From: Lama glama
Lineage: Eukaryota
DNA length: 64,000 nucleotides
Reading direction: 5' to 3'
Assembly (NCBI GenBank): GCA_028534125.1
Contig: CM052817.1
Location: 79,548,001-79,612,000 of the forward strand
Shown here in pieces: positions 1-15,100 of this stretch. Both the position numbers and the translations under genes were made by a program. The notes under the pieces are model-generated. The model was not told the DNA's origin and did no database searches. It worked only from the letters and a program-made list of their open reading frames with translations. Position 1 is the stretch's first letter, and every line of letters begins with the position of its first letter.

Positions 1-14
1 ACCAATAATTTTAG

Positions 15-170
15 ATTTAATTCAAGACTGGTCAAGTGATAGTGCTCCAGACATTTTTTCATTTGTTCCATATACATGGAATTTTAAAATCATGTTTCAT
101 CAATTTGAAATGATTTGGGCAGCTAATCAACACAATTGGATTGACTGTTCCACTAAACAACAGGAAAATG
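15..170 (+). CDS. BLTP1: BLTP1 exon 1 in window (156 nt, phase 1-1): [52 protein letters not shown]
   Basis: ttttag| acceptor at 13-14, G|gtaagt donor, open frame. Confidence 0.9.
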
Positions 171-3100
171 GTAAGTACTTTTTAAAAATTAGATTAAGTA
201 TTCTGTTCATTAAGACAAATACCAACAAAGAAAATTGGTATTGATTTTGTAGTTTTTACTAGATACTAGAATTTATTTTTTTCCCATTGTCTTGTGAGAC
301 TCAGAATGATTTCAGAACTTGTACTGAACTAAGCATATTATCTTTAATTTTGTTTAGGTATGTATTTAAGGCAATTTTTATTTAAAAAATTAAAATTTTT
401 TTTAATTAAAAGTAAAATTTTTTTTCTCTTTTTTTTGCAGTGTACTTGGCAGCCTGTGGGGAAACACTAAACATTGATTTCTCTTTGCCTTTTACGGACT
501 TTGTCCCAGCTACATGTAATACCAAATTCTCTTTAAGAGTACGTATAATTGGATGCATTGTTTATTTCTCGAGGTTTATTAATAAGTTTGATTTCCCAGT
601 GGTTATCTTGACTCTCCTGTCCATCTTGTTGCCACCCTGAAGTATTTCAGTTTTCCTTTCCTCCATTGTTCACTAACTTCAGTGTCACAGAATTGCTGCT
701 GTTTCTTTTTTGTAGTTAACTGTAATGTTCTGCCATTCCCCTAAGTTTCCAAGTTCCCCTAAGAAGTTGGGCAATAATTTAAAAAGATACGTGTACCCCA
801 GTGTTCATAGCAGCATTTTCTTTTACAGTAGCCAATATCTGCACTTACGGAATAAGAAACTAAGGAGGCAAGTTTATGTAACTTGTCATGTAGCTAGTGA
901 GTGGCCAAGTTGAAATTTGAACCCAGGCAATACAGCTTAGGTCTCCATTCTTTTAATCATTCCACTGTGCTGCTTGTTAAGAAACCAGGCATCAAGATGA
1001 AAAGATTAGGGGACCTATAAGGAAAAAAGTGAAACTGGGTGAAGATCCTTTGATATAATTCTTAAAAGCCAGTTGAGAAACCAAGACTTACTAGAATCAA
1101 AAGAGACAATCATATTTAAAAATCAACAAAAATACAGAACATATTCCACCTGGTCTTAGTGAGATGATTTTTTATTGTATTTTTTTTTCTAATTACATGT
1201 GATAAATCCAATGATACCCATGGAAGATAATCTTTTAACTGTTCCCTAGAAACTAAACTATTTATTTCTCTGATTTTTTTTCTTGATTTTTCTAAGCAGA
1301 ATTTAGTTTTAGTTAATGTAAAATCTTATTCCAGTTACTTACCAGACTCTTCTGTGTAGAATCTGCCATTTCAAATTTAGGTTTATTTTCTTTTGAATTT
1401 ATTCACAAGATTGTTATAGATAGGCTATCCTGTAAATAGTAACCTAACAAATTTATGTACCTATTTTATTACTTTGGGTTATTATAAACTATTTTTTAGG
1501 GAGAAGATGTTGATCTTCATTTGTTTCTACCAGATTGCCATCCTAGTAAATATTCATTATTTATGCTGGTAAAGAATTGCCACCCAAATAAAATGACTCA
1601 TGATACTGGTATTCCTGCCGAGTGTCAGAGTGGCCAGAAAACGGTTAAACCAAAATGGCGGAACATTACTCAAGAAAAGTAAGTACATGATATTAGTTAT
1701 CTAAGTATTTTGTGTAGAGAAATTACTCTTCCAGTGCTTTCAAAGAATAATAGTAAAATTTGATTATCTCTAACTGATGTCTGTATACAATTAAAGGAAT
1801 AAGCACCTGACTAAAAACTTTATTTTTTACTCTTCAAAGGGCTGGTTGGGTTGAATGCTGGACTGTCCCAAGTGTTATGCTTACAATTGATTATACATGG
1901 CATCCAATTTATCCACAAAAAGCAGATGAACAGCTAAAACAGTCATGTAAGTGTTTTTGTATAATTTGTGCTTTAAAACATCTTGTGTTATAATTGATTA
2001 TCATCAGAGATACAAAAAAAGAAATTTAAAAATTTTGGAAATGTATCTATTCTTTTGACATAATTGTATACATTTAAAATCTTTTAAGAATTTTGATAGA
2101 ATTATAGCTGACTTTCATTGAGCATTTATTATATATCAGATATGAGGCCAAACTGTTTCCTGGCTTACTTTATCTCATTTAATCCCTAAAGCAACTCCGT
2201 GAGGTAGGTATTATTAATGTCATTGTAAAGTTAAGGAAAAATGCTTAGAGAAAGTAATTCTCAAGGTCTGCTGAACTAGAAGCAGTAGAGCTGGAATATG
2301 AATCTAGGTGTATGTGAATCTGTATATTTAAAGTCGATTTTGTGAAATGTTAGTTTCTCTAATGCACTTTGACAACTGTCATACTATTTATAGCTTCCCT
2401 GAGGCTTAAGTGTGTCACCTTATTGGGATCCAAAATAAAATTAAAGTCAAGTGATATTTTCTTTGTATTTTTTTTTCCAGTGAATTTTTTTCCAGTTTTA
2501 GAGAATAGTTTTTATAACTTTCTTATATATGGAGCTTGGTAATGTCACACTGCATTTTAATAGCTGTTTATGTGAAAATAACTTTACATTTTAATGTCCA
2601 AGTATAGTTAAAGCCTAATTGTGACCCAGATTTACAACATATGGCCAGAACTTGATGAGAATGTTGCCTTTTTTAATAGGAATTTTTCATTGGTTCTGTG
2701 TAGTCTGATTTATGCATTTTCATGCATGTTTGAATAAAGTCCATTCTTTATTGCATTCTTAATTATTAGTCTTTCAGCTTTGTTTTCATTATATACTATA
2801 GGTATTTTATCACTATAAGTTGCTTTCATATTTGCAAAATACAGAATTTCTTAGTGAATAGTTCTTTGAAGAACTTCTAAGAAGTGTTTTTCCCCCTCCC
2901 CCAAACATTTTTTTCCCTTCAATTTTTCCCAGTGTCAGAAATGGAAGAAACAATGCTTTCTGTATTAAGGCCATCCCAGAAAACAGACAGAGTTGTTTCT
3001 TCTCCCTCTGCTTCTTCACGTCCACCTATTGATCCCTCAGAACTTCCACCTGATAAACTTCATGTAGAAATGGAACTTTCTCCAGATTCTCAGATAACTC

Positions 3101-6100
3101 TTTATGGACCTCTGTTGAATGCCTTTCTGTGTATAAAGGTATGGTTTTTAAAAGAACTTTCATATTTTTAATCATAGGCAAATCAATTAGCATCTAATTG
3201 AAATTGAGACCTTTTGAAATAGCCAGTCGGATGATTTAAAGTGTTGAGGATATAGTATGTAATGTTGACTGGACTTGTGGTGTTAGACTCAGTTACAAAA
3301 TTATTTATTGAAAATAGTGTGCTCCTCAGTTTATCTTTTTTTTTTTTTTGAGCAATTCATATATTCTGGGAATTGTGCTGATTGCTAGAGATAGAGATGC
3401 TTTAACACCTATTCTTAAGAAAATAAGCAGGGGGGATATAGCAGGATAGACATACATATGGACAGCTTTAGCACATTGTAATTAATGGAGCAGTAGAAGT
3501 ATAAGAGAACCTTGTTATCTGAGGATAATTGTATCAGGAAAAGGCTACTTCAAGTGAGTCCAATAAAAACAAACAACTTTATTTCATGGTAAATAATAAG
3601 CAAAGATTTGTTTGGAGTTGTATCTTGAAAATTGAAGCAAATATGTGAAATGAATTCATTTCAGAGTATCACAGATATATGCTGTAGGAATATGTACTAC
3701 TTTAAGCAAAACTGAATCAAGTGTTGATTCACTTTGGTATAATTTTTCCACTGAATTTGTATGATTGCATATTATGATAACACTTTAAGGTTGCTGTCTA
3801 TAGCATGATTATGAAGAGAGGCTATTTTAAGAAAAATATTTGAGCACTTTTTCAGTTTTCTAAAAGTCATTTTTCTTCTTTTGATACTTAAGTCATACTT
3901 CTAAAAAGCCCCTAGCGAGTCATCACAAATTCTCGTTGATTTACTCTTTTTTGTAGGCAACTTCTCTAAGCCTTCTGTATTCTCACTTATCAGTGATAGT
4001 TTTACCTGTGATTTGAGCAGTTAGCCAACATCGCTTTTAGCAACCTGATGAAATTTTGCATTTTCCAGGATTTTGCAGATACATTTTGCTTTAGATTTCC
4101 GTTGTACCATTGGATGCTTACTACAGCTGATAATCAGAGAGACTAATTGTCCAAGCATTACCAGTTATGAACAGTAGAGTTACTTGTGGCATGGGGTGTT
4201 TGTGTGAGTCTAATTTTATCAGTGCTTACTTATTTGCTTCCTTTTGCAATTTCACAATTGCAGAGGTTTGGCTACTGAACCAAGGTTAGCAAGGAATCTC
4301 ATAAAGTACAGTAACAGGAATAATTAATTCTGGAAAGGGTCTAGGATGAACAAGGTTTGCCAGGGAAGGAGTCACGGTTTGTTAGCAAAGGCTCTCTGAA
4401 AGAAGTGCGAGCCTAAGAAGCTTTGAAGTTTCATAAAATCTCAATATTTAAGTTACTGTATTACACTTACTAAAAACTACCATAAAGTATCAGATTATAT
4501 AATTAAAGGTAAAAGATGCAAGGGAAAATGTGTTTAATATTTGTGGAAACATATAGTTTTTGTTTGGTTTTTACCTTTTCTTCACCTAGGATTTTAGAAA
4601 TTCTTGGAGGAGTAATTCTCCAGATTCAAAGGGGAGAAACACATACACACACACACAGACACATTTTTTTCTCTGTTGTGACAATTTTTTGGCCTAATAC
4701 AGTCTTCAAATATTTCTCCCAGTATATTTTCTTGGGATTGCATGTGAATAACTTTAAAGTATCTAAAATGGAATTTTCAAGCTATAATCTCCCTGAAGGG
4801 GCTGAATTATATTTTAATTTAAATACAAACAGTGATTTAGTTATCAGGTAAAATGGTTTTATTGATATAATATTACTTTTGAATACTACTAGAGATGTAT
4901 TAACTCTGGTTTTTGCATTACCTCATGTACATGGAACCTCAGCTTTTTTAATTAAAAAAATTTCATAGTAATACGTAAACAAAAATAAGAGGACTGTAAC
5001 AAAGAACACAGACCCAAAGAAATATATGCCTTTGTTTTAGACTTCTTTGTAAATTCTATTCCACATGTGTTACCTATGTCAGTAGTTTATTATGTTTTGA
5101 TGCAGACTATGCATCACAGATTTTATTATAACTTTTGGCAGTGTCAAAGTTTGTTGCACTAAATATTACTATTTGTATTCATCAATTTAATTTAGAACTT
5201 TTATGAAGTATCTACTGAAACAAATGTAAGATTTTTAAATTTTGACTTATTATATAAAATAACCCAGTGAACTCTCTGCTTCCTTTTATTAGGAATATAT
5301 GTAAGTCTTTAAGCTTGTTTCTTTTCTTTTCTTTTTTTTTCACTTGACTTAGTGTCATGCTGACATGGAGATGTTATCCTATCTTAAATATCTCTATTAC
5401 TTTTTTTTCCATTGGTTTTAATGTATAACTTCTGTTCTACTTAGTATCAGTGTTAGAACTTTGAAACTTCTGAAAGTTAGTTTTGAGATATGTATAATGT
5501 ATGTATGTATATATAAAAGAAAACAGAATATGAAAATGCACGTAACTGAGATTATATTTTTCTTAGTTGAAAATTAAACTCCAAGAAATTCTAAAGGATA
5601 CACTAGGAAAAAAAAATAAATTGCCCTATATTTATTTGACTATAAAATTGACTTCCAAAATCCACAAAAGAAACTAGGCCTGGCATTATTATTACAAAGA
5701 ATTCTAAGAGACTATAGTGAATGTCATCATAATTTATGAGGACATTTTATGGAAATGAGGGATCTTCTGAAGATGTAGACAGCATAGCAACTCTAAGCCC
5801 AAAGTCATTTTAATCATATTAAAACTTCATGTCATTTCTTATGTTGCAGACATAAGGTTGGATAGCAGTACAACTTATATTGCTTTTATGAATTGATTTC
5901 TCTTAGTCTCATTACATTTTTTCTTACCGTAAGAAGGAAATCTGAACCTCAATAGTGATAGCAAATCAGTGGTAGCAAATAGTAACTGTGAATGAAGGGT
6001 GTATATGGTGTATATGTTTTCCTTATTGAAAAATGTTTTCGTGGGGAATATAGCCAATATTTTGTTATAACCTAAATGGAAGGAAGCCTTTAAAGGTTGT

Positions 6101-9100
6101 ATAAAAATAAATATTTAAAAAAATGGTTTTAGTGGTCTTGAACAGAAGACCGGCTATCAAGTTTCCATTTTAGAAAATTTAATATTGGAAACAGTATTTG
6201 TAGGTTTTTTCCCCCTGCATTTCTGATTTTATTTGCCATCTTCTTTTAATATTGTTGATAATTCCTTTTTAAAAAAATTTTTTTGAGAAATGAGTATCAT
6301 TAGATTAATATGAATTTTTAGTTGAGGGAAAATGGAAGTCTCATGTTACTTGAAGTAGGTTCCTTGACACTCATGTAGAAAAATATCTCTAGGAAAATAA
6401 AATTTCAGAAGACTGTAGTAAATTGAAAATGTAGCTTATTTTATCATTCTGAAAGTCATACATGCTACAAACTTGACAAGAGAACACACTTTCCCAATTC
6501 TGTAAATCCATGATATTTTTCTAGGATTGTTTAAAATGGAAATAGAATTTTTATTTCTATTTGTAAATATTTGTGTACATTTACTAATGTTAAAATACTA
6601 TAGAAGTTTGCCATAACATATTGCTACTTGCCAGATACTTCAGTTAACCTTTTGGTAAATTTTTTTAGTGAATTCTTGAGAAATTAACCCTTAAAATGGA
6701 ATTCACATATTAAAAACCCCCACAAAACCTAAATCAAACACCCAACATTAAACAATAATAGCCTAACTTTGAAAGAGTTAAAATTTTAAAAGTTCATTCT
6801 ATTAATAATGTTCAATAGATACAAATGTGTTAACTCACATAAGACTCCTAGTGTTTTATAACTCTTTAAAAACAGTCATTGACACATTTAATACACTTTA
6901 GCAAATGTCTTCTACTATGTTGGAGATTCAGTATTTCCTAAAGAATCTGATACGAGTTGTTTCTGTTTTAGATAATTAAGTGGAGATGGGTTTAGTAGCA
7001 AATTGAACATTATACCCAAGACAATCTTCTTTTAAGTAGTAATCTACAGGTATCTTTTTTTTTAAGGTTAAAAATTATAAGATCCTGCAAGGGAATCTTT
7101 TAAAAATAAGAGATTATCAGGCTAGGATTATTAAAAATTAGCGAAAATAAGTATAACTTATTTCTGATGATTTGTTGGTAACTCTTAGTATGTTGAAAGC
7201 TAATAAGCATGCATAGTGTACGTTGACTCCTTAGGTCAGTTGTGTGGAGGGAAGATGGGGCAGAGATGATTGAGTCTGGAGGCCATTTGCAGATAAAATT
7301 ACCAATGGAACTTTTCCATTTTCCACCTGTCTCTGGTCTCCATGACCACTGCAAACCTACTGAACCCATCTCCAAGCCTGGGATAGCTTGTATATTTTGA
7401 AAAGGCTTCTCAAATGATCTAAGGGAGAAATACTGCTTAGAATATCTAGGTTTTTAATGTTAGTTGAAGTCAATTAGACATTTATTTTTAGTTTTAAAAT
7501 TTTAATGTTGGAATTCAGGATAAAAAACAACATCTATTTACCTTTCTATTTGTGCTTGAATTTGTCCCTGCTTCAGAGTTATATAAGCACGATTAAATCA
7601 AGCACTTCCAAATAGGACCTGTATTATTTAGAGGCAGATAACAATAGAGAATAGAGGAAAAAACACCAGTTCTGAGACTCAACAGATTTGGGATTTTAAT
7701 GTTTGTCCTGCCACTCACTGATTAACTGAATGACCTTAGGCCCTTCAGCATCCTTTCCTATGAAAGGATATTAATTAATCTGATGTACAGAACCCTAGCC
7801 AGAAAATAAATGTGTCAATAATCAAAATGCAGAATTTACCAAAATACTGACTTGGTTTTAATATTGAGCAAATGTATTGTTAAAAATATTAACGAATATT
7901 TTAACAGCTTTTGATTACTACTGACAGATCAAGTAGGCAAAATTTAAATTCAGAATCAATGGGAAGAAAAAATAATTTCAATTAAAAAGAAATTTAAATT
8001 CTGATTCAAGAAAAACCAGAATATTGAGTTGAACTCTTCTGAAATTCTGTTGCTTAATAAACCATGATGAACTATGTGACAGGAAGTTCTGGTAATTGCT
8101 TATTACATGTTTTGCCATCAATAACCAAAATTGGACATTCTAATTAAAGCTTTTAAAACATTCCTGATAAATATTCCAGCTGGAATATATGAATTACAGA
8201 TTTAGCTAATTGGATTTAGCCATATTGACTTTTAGTGCATTGATCTGCTTCCCTCAGAGGACGTCTCTGGGTGTTTTGGCCTCAAAACTCTGAGAAGCAC
8301 AGATTGAAAACCACTGAACCTTACAAATCTTCATAGGTTTCTTTTAGGACCTAAATTGTAAGTTTTTGCTATAATTGGAGGTGGTGTTATCATGAAGTTT
8401 TACTATAAACTTCTGTAACTTTTTGTGAGTTTTTTTTTTTTTGCTATAGAGTATTTATTTACTAAGCAGCCAAGTAAGTGTATATCTTAAATGTATCTTG
8501 TTTAGATTTTAAGGAAATGGACTGATGCTTCTAATTACGTAAAATAGGGTTAAGGAAATGCTTAGTTTACCATTTTAGGTGAAAAATTATTCTTATATAT
8601 ATCTCTTTTGATAGCAGTTTAATCTTAATGTTTATAGGAAAACTACTTTGGAGAAGATGACATGTATATGGATTTTGAAGAGGTTGTATCAAGTCCTGTT
8701 CTGTCACTGTCAACATCGTCCAGTTCTGGGTGGACTGCTGTTGGAATGGACAATGACAAAAAAGAAAATGAAAGTTCAGCCAAGTCAATTCATCCACTTA
8801 CCTTGCGTCCCTGGGATATTACTGTACTTGTTAATTTGTACAAAGTTCATGGACGTCTTCCTGTTGTAAGTGTTTACGTGTCAAAATAGTCTGGAGTTTA
8901 TCATGAAATCCACCTAGCAGAGGAAACTATGTATGTGTGTGCACACACTTATATAAAAAAATTCAGGTTCAAAAAATTTCTAAATTTATTATTTTATCTT
9001 GGTAAAGCTAGTTTATTATTTTTTTGTAGTATAATTACTTGATCATTGATAATTTTACTTTGTTTTTCTTCTTTCGTTTTAGCTCCTTCTTTGCTGTTCT

Positions 9101-12100
9101 GTGTAATTTTAGAATATTTTGGTATTGCGTTGAGTTGCTAGGTTTATAGTTAACATGATAGATTTTCTAGGACTTTACACTTTCTTAGCCTTTATCTTTA
9201 ACTCCAGACCAGTTTGGGGCCTTATGGTGGACCTATTACAAAATCGAGATTCAAGCTGGACCCTGGAGGTTGAATTGTGTCAGAGGTTTAGATCTAGCAC
9301 AGTATCCTGGTTTTCTCTGAGGATGACCCTTGGGCCAGTTGGGGCTGACTTGCAATGAAATTATATTGCCCAAAGAACCCATGGCCATTGGAGCCAGGCC
9401 AGATAGGGAGGGGGTGGCCCTAGAGCATAGTGCTGCATACTGGTTCCATGTCATGTACCTAGGGTTGCACAGCAGAGAAATCACCTCAGGTGCTTAGTGA
9501 ACCTAATGCCTTTACTGGGATACAGAATAGTTATCTTTGTCCATAAGCACTGCTTCTCCTTTTTAGAAATCAAAGTGTTTTAATTATATAAATGTAATTT
9601 TTATTTTCCTTTACTTCCTTGGTTTTCACTTTTTCTATATCCTGATTATGGTATTTTTCTTGACTTTAGCATGGAACTACTGATGGTCCAGAGTGCCCTA
9701 CAGCTTTTTTGGAAAGACTATGTTTTGAAATGAAAAAAGGATTTAGGGAGACCATGCTGCAGCTTGTCCTGTCGCCCCTGAATGTGTTTGTTAGTGATAA
9801 CTATCAGGTAATGTGAAAGTGAGTTGTGGTAGAGACTTAGGGATTTGTTATCACTGTTTATGGGTTCAAAACAATGTGCTTACTTCTGTGCATAGAATAT
9901 ATAGTTCCTTAAATTAGAGACCTATTAACTAAGAAGTTTTGTATGTGTGTACATATGAGAATTGTTTTTTAAGAATCTTAGTTTTTTCTTTTCTTTCCCA
10001 CTGTTCCTTATATATGTGATCCCAAAGAATTATATTTTATATCCATTGTTTTTAGAAATGGAAAGAAGTACTTTCCAACTTTCTCATATATTTACTGGAG
10101 GGGAAAAATTAATTTTATAAAATGTTGGTAGATTTTGTTGAAAATCACAACCTAAGTGTTAATATTAACCAGGACCATACATCTTGAAAGCATGCATATC
10201 TACATGGCCAATAATTTATTATTTTCATCTAACATACTTACAAGATAGTTTGTTAATTCCTTTAAGATATCCCTGAGGCTCTTTGGAAGAGAACCAGTGA
10301 CATTCATCAAATGGGGATATTTTGCATTCCTGGGTAGATTATCACTTTATTATTATTATTTTAAAATGCCATTGGTTTCTCTTGGTGTCTACCACTACTT
10401 TAGGGTTCTCCCCTACTTTTAGTGAAGTTGTATGCTTTGGAGCTATGATAAACTCTAATGCAAAGCAAAGTAAAATTATAAACAGGAGGATGACTCTAAC
10501 AGCCCTAAATCATCAATGGATGATAACTTACTATGGATTCTATGTAAAACTGATCATCTTATTTCAAATAGCATACCCCCTTTTCACTCTTTTGCCATAA
10601 CTGACTATATTTTTTTCATAGAATTTTAATAATACTATCTATATATGTATATATTTATATTTGATGTAGCTGAGATCATAGTAGCTAAAACTTAATACTT
10701 AACATGCTTGTTTTTGTCACAGAATGTGTTTTTTTTTTAACTTTCATTTCGGAAGAATTATAGATTTACAGGAGGTTACAAAGGCAATACAGAGTTCCTG
10801 TGTTTCCGCCATGTTGATCTTTTACAGAGTTATGGCACTGTATCAAAACCAGGACATGGACATTGGTACAATATGTGTGCATAGTTTTGTGTCACTTATC
10901 ACATGTGTAGATTTCTGTAACTGCCACCAAAAATCAGGATGCAGAACTATTCTCTAATCACAAAGATCTCACTTGCATACCACTTTTATTTTAACTTGTC
11001 ACATGAAACCTTAAAAATAACTTGACCTTCTCTCTCTAATTTAGTGGGCCATTAGAATTGGTTGTTTTTTATTTTGGGAAGTGAGTGTGTAGAGAGGAAG
11101 TCTATCTGCTTTTTTCAGTCTCTTGAGGAAATTAATTAAGGTAAAAGGTAACTATCTTCTTACGGCAGGGTTCTGAGAATCTTAGGTGAGTATCTCTGGT
11201 TTCTTCTGAGTTCCTGGTGATAACTTCAACTTCTATTTTAATCACTGCATTTTCAGAAGACTTTACTAGATATAAAAAAAAACATTTTAGTAAGCTTACT
11301 CTGAGGGTTCACAGTAACCCTAATTATAGAATTATTGGCAAACTTGTACAGAGACCAACGTGTAAAGTATGATTTATTTGGCGATTAGAAGAGGAATTGA
11401 TGGAGTGGTGATAGCAAGGCAGTAGTAGAAGTACTGGTGATATTTTGTTTCCTGGATTATTAACACTTCACATAGTTCACCCTGAAGACAAGTGTAGTCT
11501 ATACATATTCTCATGGAATTTGCTTAGCTACTCACCTTGCTTACATTTTATAGAGCTAACATTCCTAAGAAATACCTTCTTCATTTGTCTCTGCACTAAG
11601 ACTCTTATGGTGGGAACCTTCACTCTGTGACTACTCTCAGAGACTCAGCTCTGGGTCACTCAACTGTAGCTGCTTATTCCAAGTAGCAGAGCTTCTCATC
11701 TCAGTCTTAGTGCAGAGCTTCAAGGTTAAGGATCTAAAGCGATGGGTGGATTATTGTGTCTGACTTATGAGGAAACTGCACACTTTTTACCTGATCATCT
11801 GATGATGTATGTTAGTTTCCCAGGGCTGCCGTAGCAGAGTACCCCACACTGGGTGGCTTAAAACAGCAGAAATTCTTTCATAGTTCTGGAGCCTAGAAGC
11901 CTGAAACCAGTGTATTTGGCAGGGCCATGCTCTCTCTGACGACTGTAGGAGAGGATCCTTCCTTGTCTTTTCCTAGCTCAGATACATGTGTGGGCCCTCC
12001 GCATTCATGGAAAATGCATTTGGATAGTCATTGTGATAATCTGTGTGGCTAAAAATAATAAAAATAGATAAGCTGAGTGGCAGTGACAGATAAAGTCATT

Positions 12101-15100
12101 ATGCCCTAAACCTCCCCCTCTGCACCCCACTGTCTGCCTTTTTCCCTCTCTATCTCCCTCTCTCGCTCTTTATATATATACATACATACTATGTATACAC
12201 CATAATTTCTTTATCCATTCATCCACTGATGGACACTTAGGTTGTTTCCATAGCTTGGCAAAACCACAATCACCTCACATCTGTCAGATTGGGTATCATC
12301 AAAAAGAACACAAATAACAAATGCTGGTGAGGATGTGGGCAAAAGGGAACCCTTGTGCACTGTTGGTGGGCATGTAAACCTGTGCAGCCACTATGGAAAA
12401 CAGTATGGTGGTTCCTCAAAAAATTAAAAATAGAACTGCCGTGTAATTTAGCAATTCCACTTCTGGGTAGTTATCCGAAGGAAATGAAAACACTAATTCA
12501 AAGAGATATATGCACACCCACGTTCAGTGCAGTATTATTTACAATTGCGAAGCTATGGAAGCAACCTATCCAGAACTTTACACTGAGAATTACTGAATCT
12601 CAGTGCCAGAAGTGATCTTTATTGATGATCCTCCCCAGCTCCCTCAGATAAAATATAAGGAGAGATTAGGTGATTTTATATACCGTCACACGACTTAGAT
12701 GAAAATAAAATAAATATATCAGAAGAGTTTCTAAAGCTATTATTATCATCAGAAATTTAACATGACCTTTGAAGAATCCCTTATGAATTAGATTTACTAT
12801 CCTTAAAAACACGTTTTTTTACAAATGCATTTCCCAAAATTTGTGTTGAAACCAGGCCTGTAAGGTGGCCTGCACATACACACTAAAAAGACTCTCATAG
12901 AAAAATTAAGGAAAATAGTGTCAAGTGTAAAAAGTTCTGCAAGGAGAGGTATAAGTTGCTTTGGTAGCATGAATGGTCTTGAGGTATGATCATGATAAAA
13001 TTTGCCTTTTTGAAAGATCTCTGTGGTGGTTTTGTAGAGTATGGGGCAGAGAGATGTGAAAGTGAATGCTAGGAGGCTTTGAAAAGGTCCTGGTAAGAGA
13101 TCGTATTATTTGTACCAGGATGATAGCACTGAAGCTGGAAGAAACTCAGTGCGTTTGTGAGAGACTGGGAGGCAGATTCTGTTGGTGACAGATGGGTAGG
13201 GCATTGCCAAATTTACTTGATTCCGTGTTCCTAAAAACAATCTGTGGAACTAGTGTTCCACGGAATACCCTATTTTAGGACATATCTTTTAGCTTTCCGA
13301 GTAGGTCTTAGAAATTTTCTCTTTGAAATGTTGCTGCTTTTTAGTTGTGAATATGTAATTATTCTCTGTAAGATCCTTTTTCTATTCACATAATTATGAA
13401 AATCTATATGGAAAATGGCTTTCTTCATTTGTTTTCTGTTTTATGGTTTTAATGGTCTTTGTTCTTCCATATTATTTTGTTCTTTTTAATATTTTAATCT
13501 CATGATTCCTGCCTTGCCACAAAAGATAGGCCTCTTTTTTTCCCTGTCAGACAGAATTCTTGTTTCTTTTTATTCACTGAGGCAGTTATCAATCAGAGAT
13601 CTGCATTCTTTTAGGATTTTGCTGTCTTGCTTTACAGCTGGGCTCTTATGGATATTGTCACTAAAGAAGCTTAACTCAGACTATTTTTATGAGTACAAGG
13701 TTGTGTCAGGAGCTTGTGGATCCTAAAGTCTTATTTCCCAAATAGTACGTTTCTACTCTTTGTCTATGTGAAAAACAACTAGAAATTATAATGCTGACTT
13801 TTCTTATAATTCTTACAGTCTTATTATTGCTTTCAGCAGCGACCTCCTGTGGATGAAGTGCTCAGAGAAGGTCACATCAATTTGTCGGGTCTCCAGCTGA
13901 GAGCACATGCTATGTTCTCAGCAGAAGGTCTTCCTTTGGGAAGTGATTCCTTAGAATATGCATGGTTAATTGATGTGCAGGCTGGAAGCCTTACAGCCAA
14001 GGTCACAGCACCACAGGTATGTTCTCTGAAGGCTAGCTCCTGATTTATTTTCTTTTTCCTTTACTCATTCATCTCCCCAAGAATAAGTTGTATGCCTGTT
14101 TGAATTTTCATTGCATTTCCGCTGACCATATGGAATTTTCTTAGCAATAGGTAAGGCACAGACAAGTTTCACTTTTGGGCTACATAAAATCAATGGGTGT
14201 AATGTTTTATAGTTCTGGGTAATACTTTCAAGAATTCAAGACTTTCTCTGGGAAAAACTCATGATGAGAAATTTCTGGAAATCAAGTTATATATTATTGA
14301 AATTATATTACTTGGCTCTCCGCTGTTGGAACAATCTTGTTTTCTCAGTGCACAGAATAATTCTCTAAGAATTTTACCATCCTGTATATTTCTTTTCTTT
14401 TTTTTTTTTTTTTTGCAGGAGGACGATAACTAGGTTTTACTGTTTATTTTTAGAGGAGGTACTGGGGATTGAACCCAGGACCTCGTGCATGCTAAGCATG
14501 TGCTCTACCACTGAGCTATATACCCTCCCCCTTCTCTTGTATATTTCTTAAGTAGTATTTGAAAGTAGCATTTGTGATATTAAGGTGGCATGATTCTTAT
14601 TTGTAATGTCCCAAAGCATCAACATTTGTACCTGGACTTAGTGACGTGGATACTGGTTTAGAAAAAAGAGAATTTACTGGTAAGTAAATCTGGTCTAGAG
14701 TGCTAATTGTGATCCTTTTGGATACATTCCTCTCTCCCCTCACTGTCCTACTCAGTCTTTAGAAGATGCCGAGGACTTAAGGATTACAGTTAGCCGTCCC
14801 TGTCTGCAGGTTCCACATCCACAGGTTCAACCAACCATGGATTTAGCCAAGTGTAGGTGTAAAACCTGTGGATATGGAGGGCTGACAATATTTAGTTCTA
14901 GAAATTGACCATTGAAATTTAGTTGACCAGCCATATTACTGTAATATTTCATCTGTTGAGCCACATACAGACATACCTCATTTTATTGTATTTCACAGAG
15001 TTTGTGATTTTTTTCTTGCAAATTGAAGCCCTGCATCAAGCATGTCTGTCGGTGCCATTTTTCTGACATTTGCTCAATTTGTGTGTCTGTCTTATTTTGG

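Noticed and set aside
12355..12615. 86-aa ORF
   Set aside because: Decayed L1 ORF2 C-terminal fragment, not a host gene
14455..14531. tRNA-Ala-like sequence on the minus strand (and at 21041-21115 on plus)
   Set aside because: Both have A-rich tails and target-site duplications and are diverged, so they are SINE heads rather than tRNA genes
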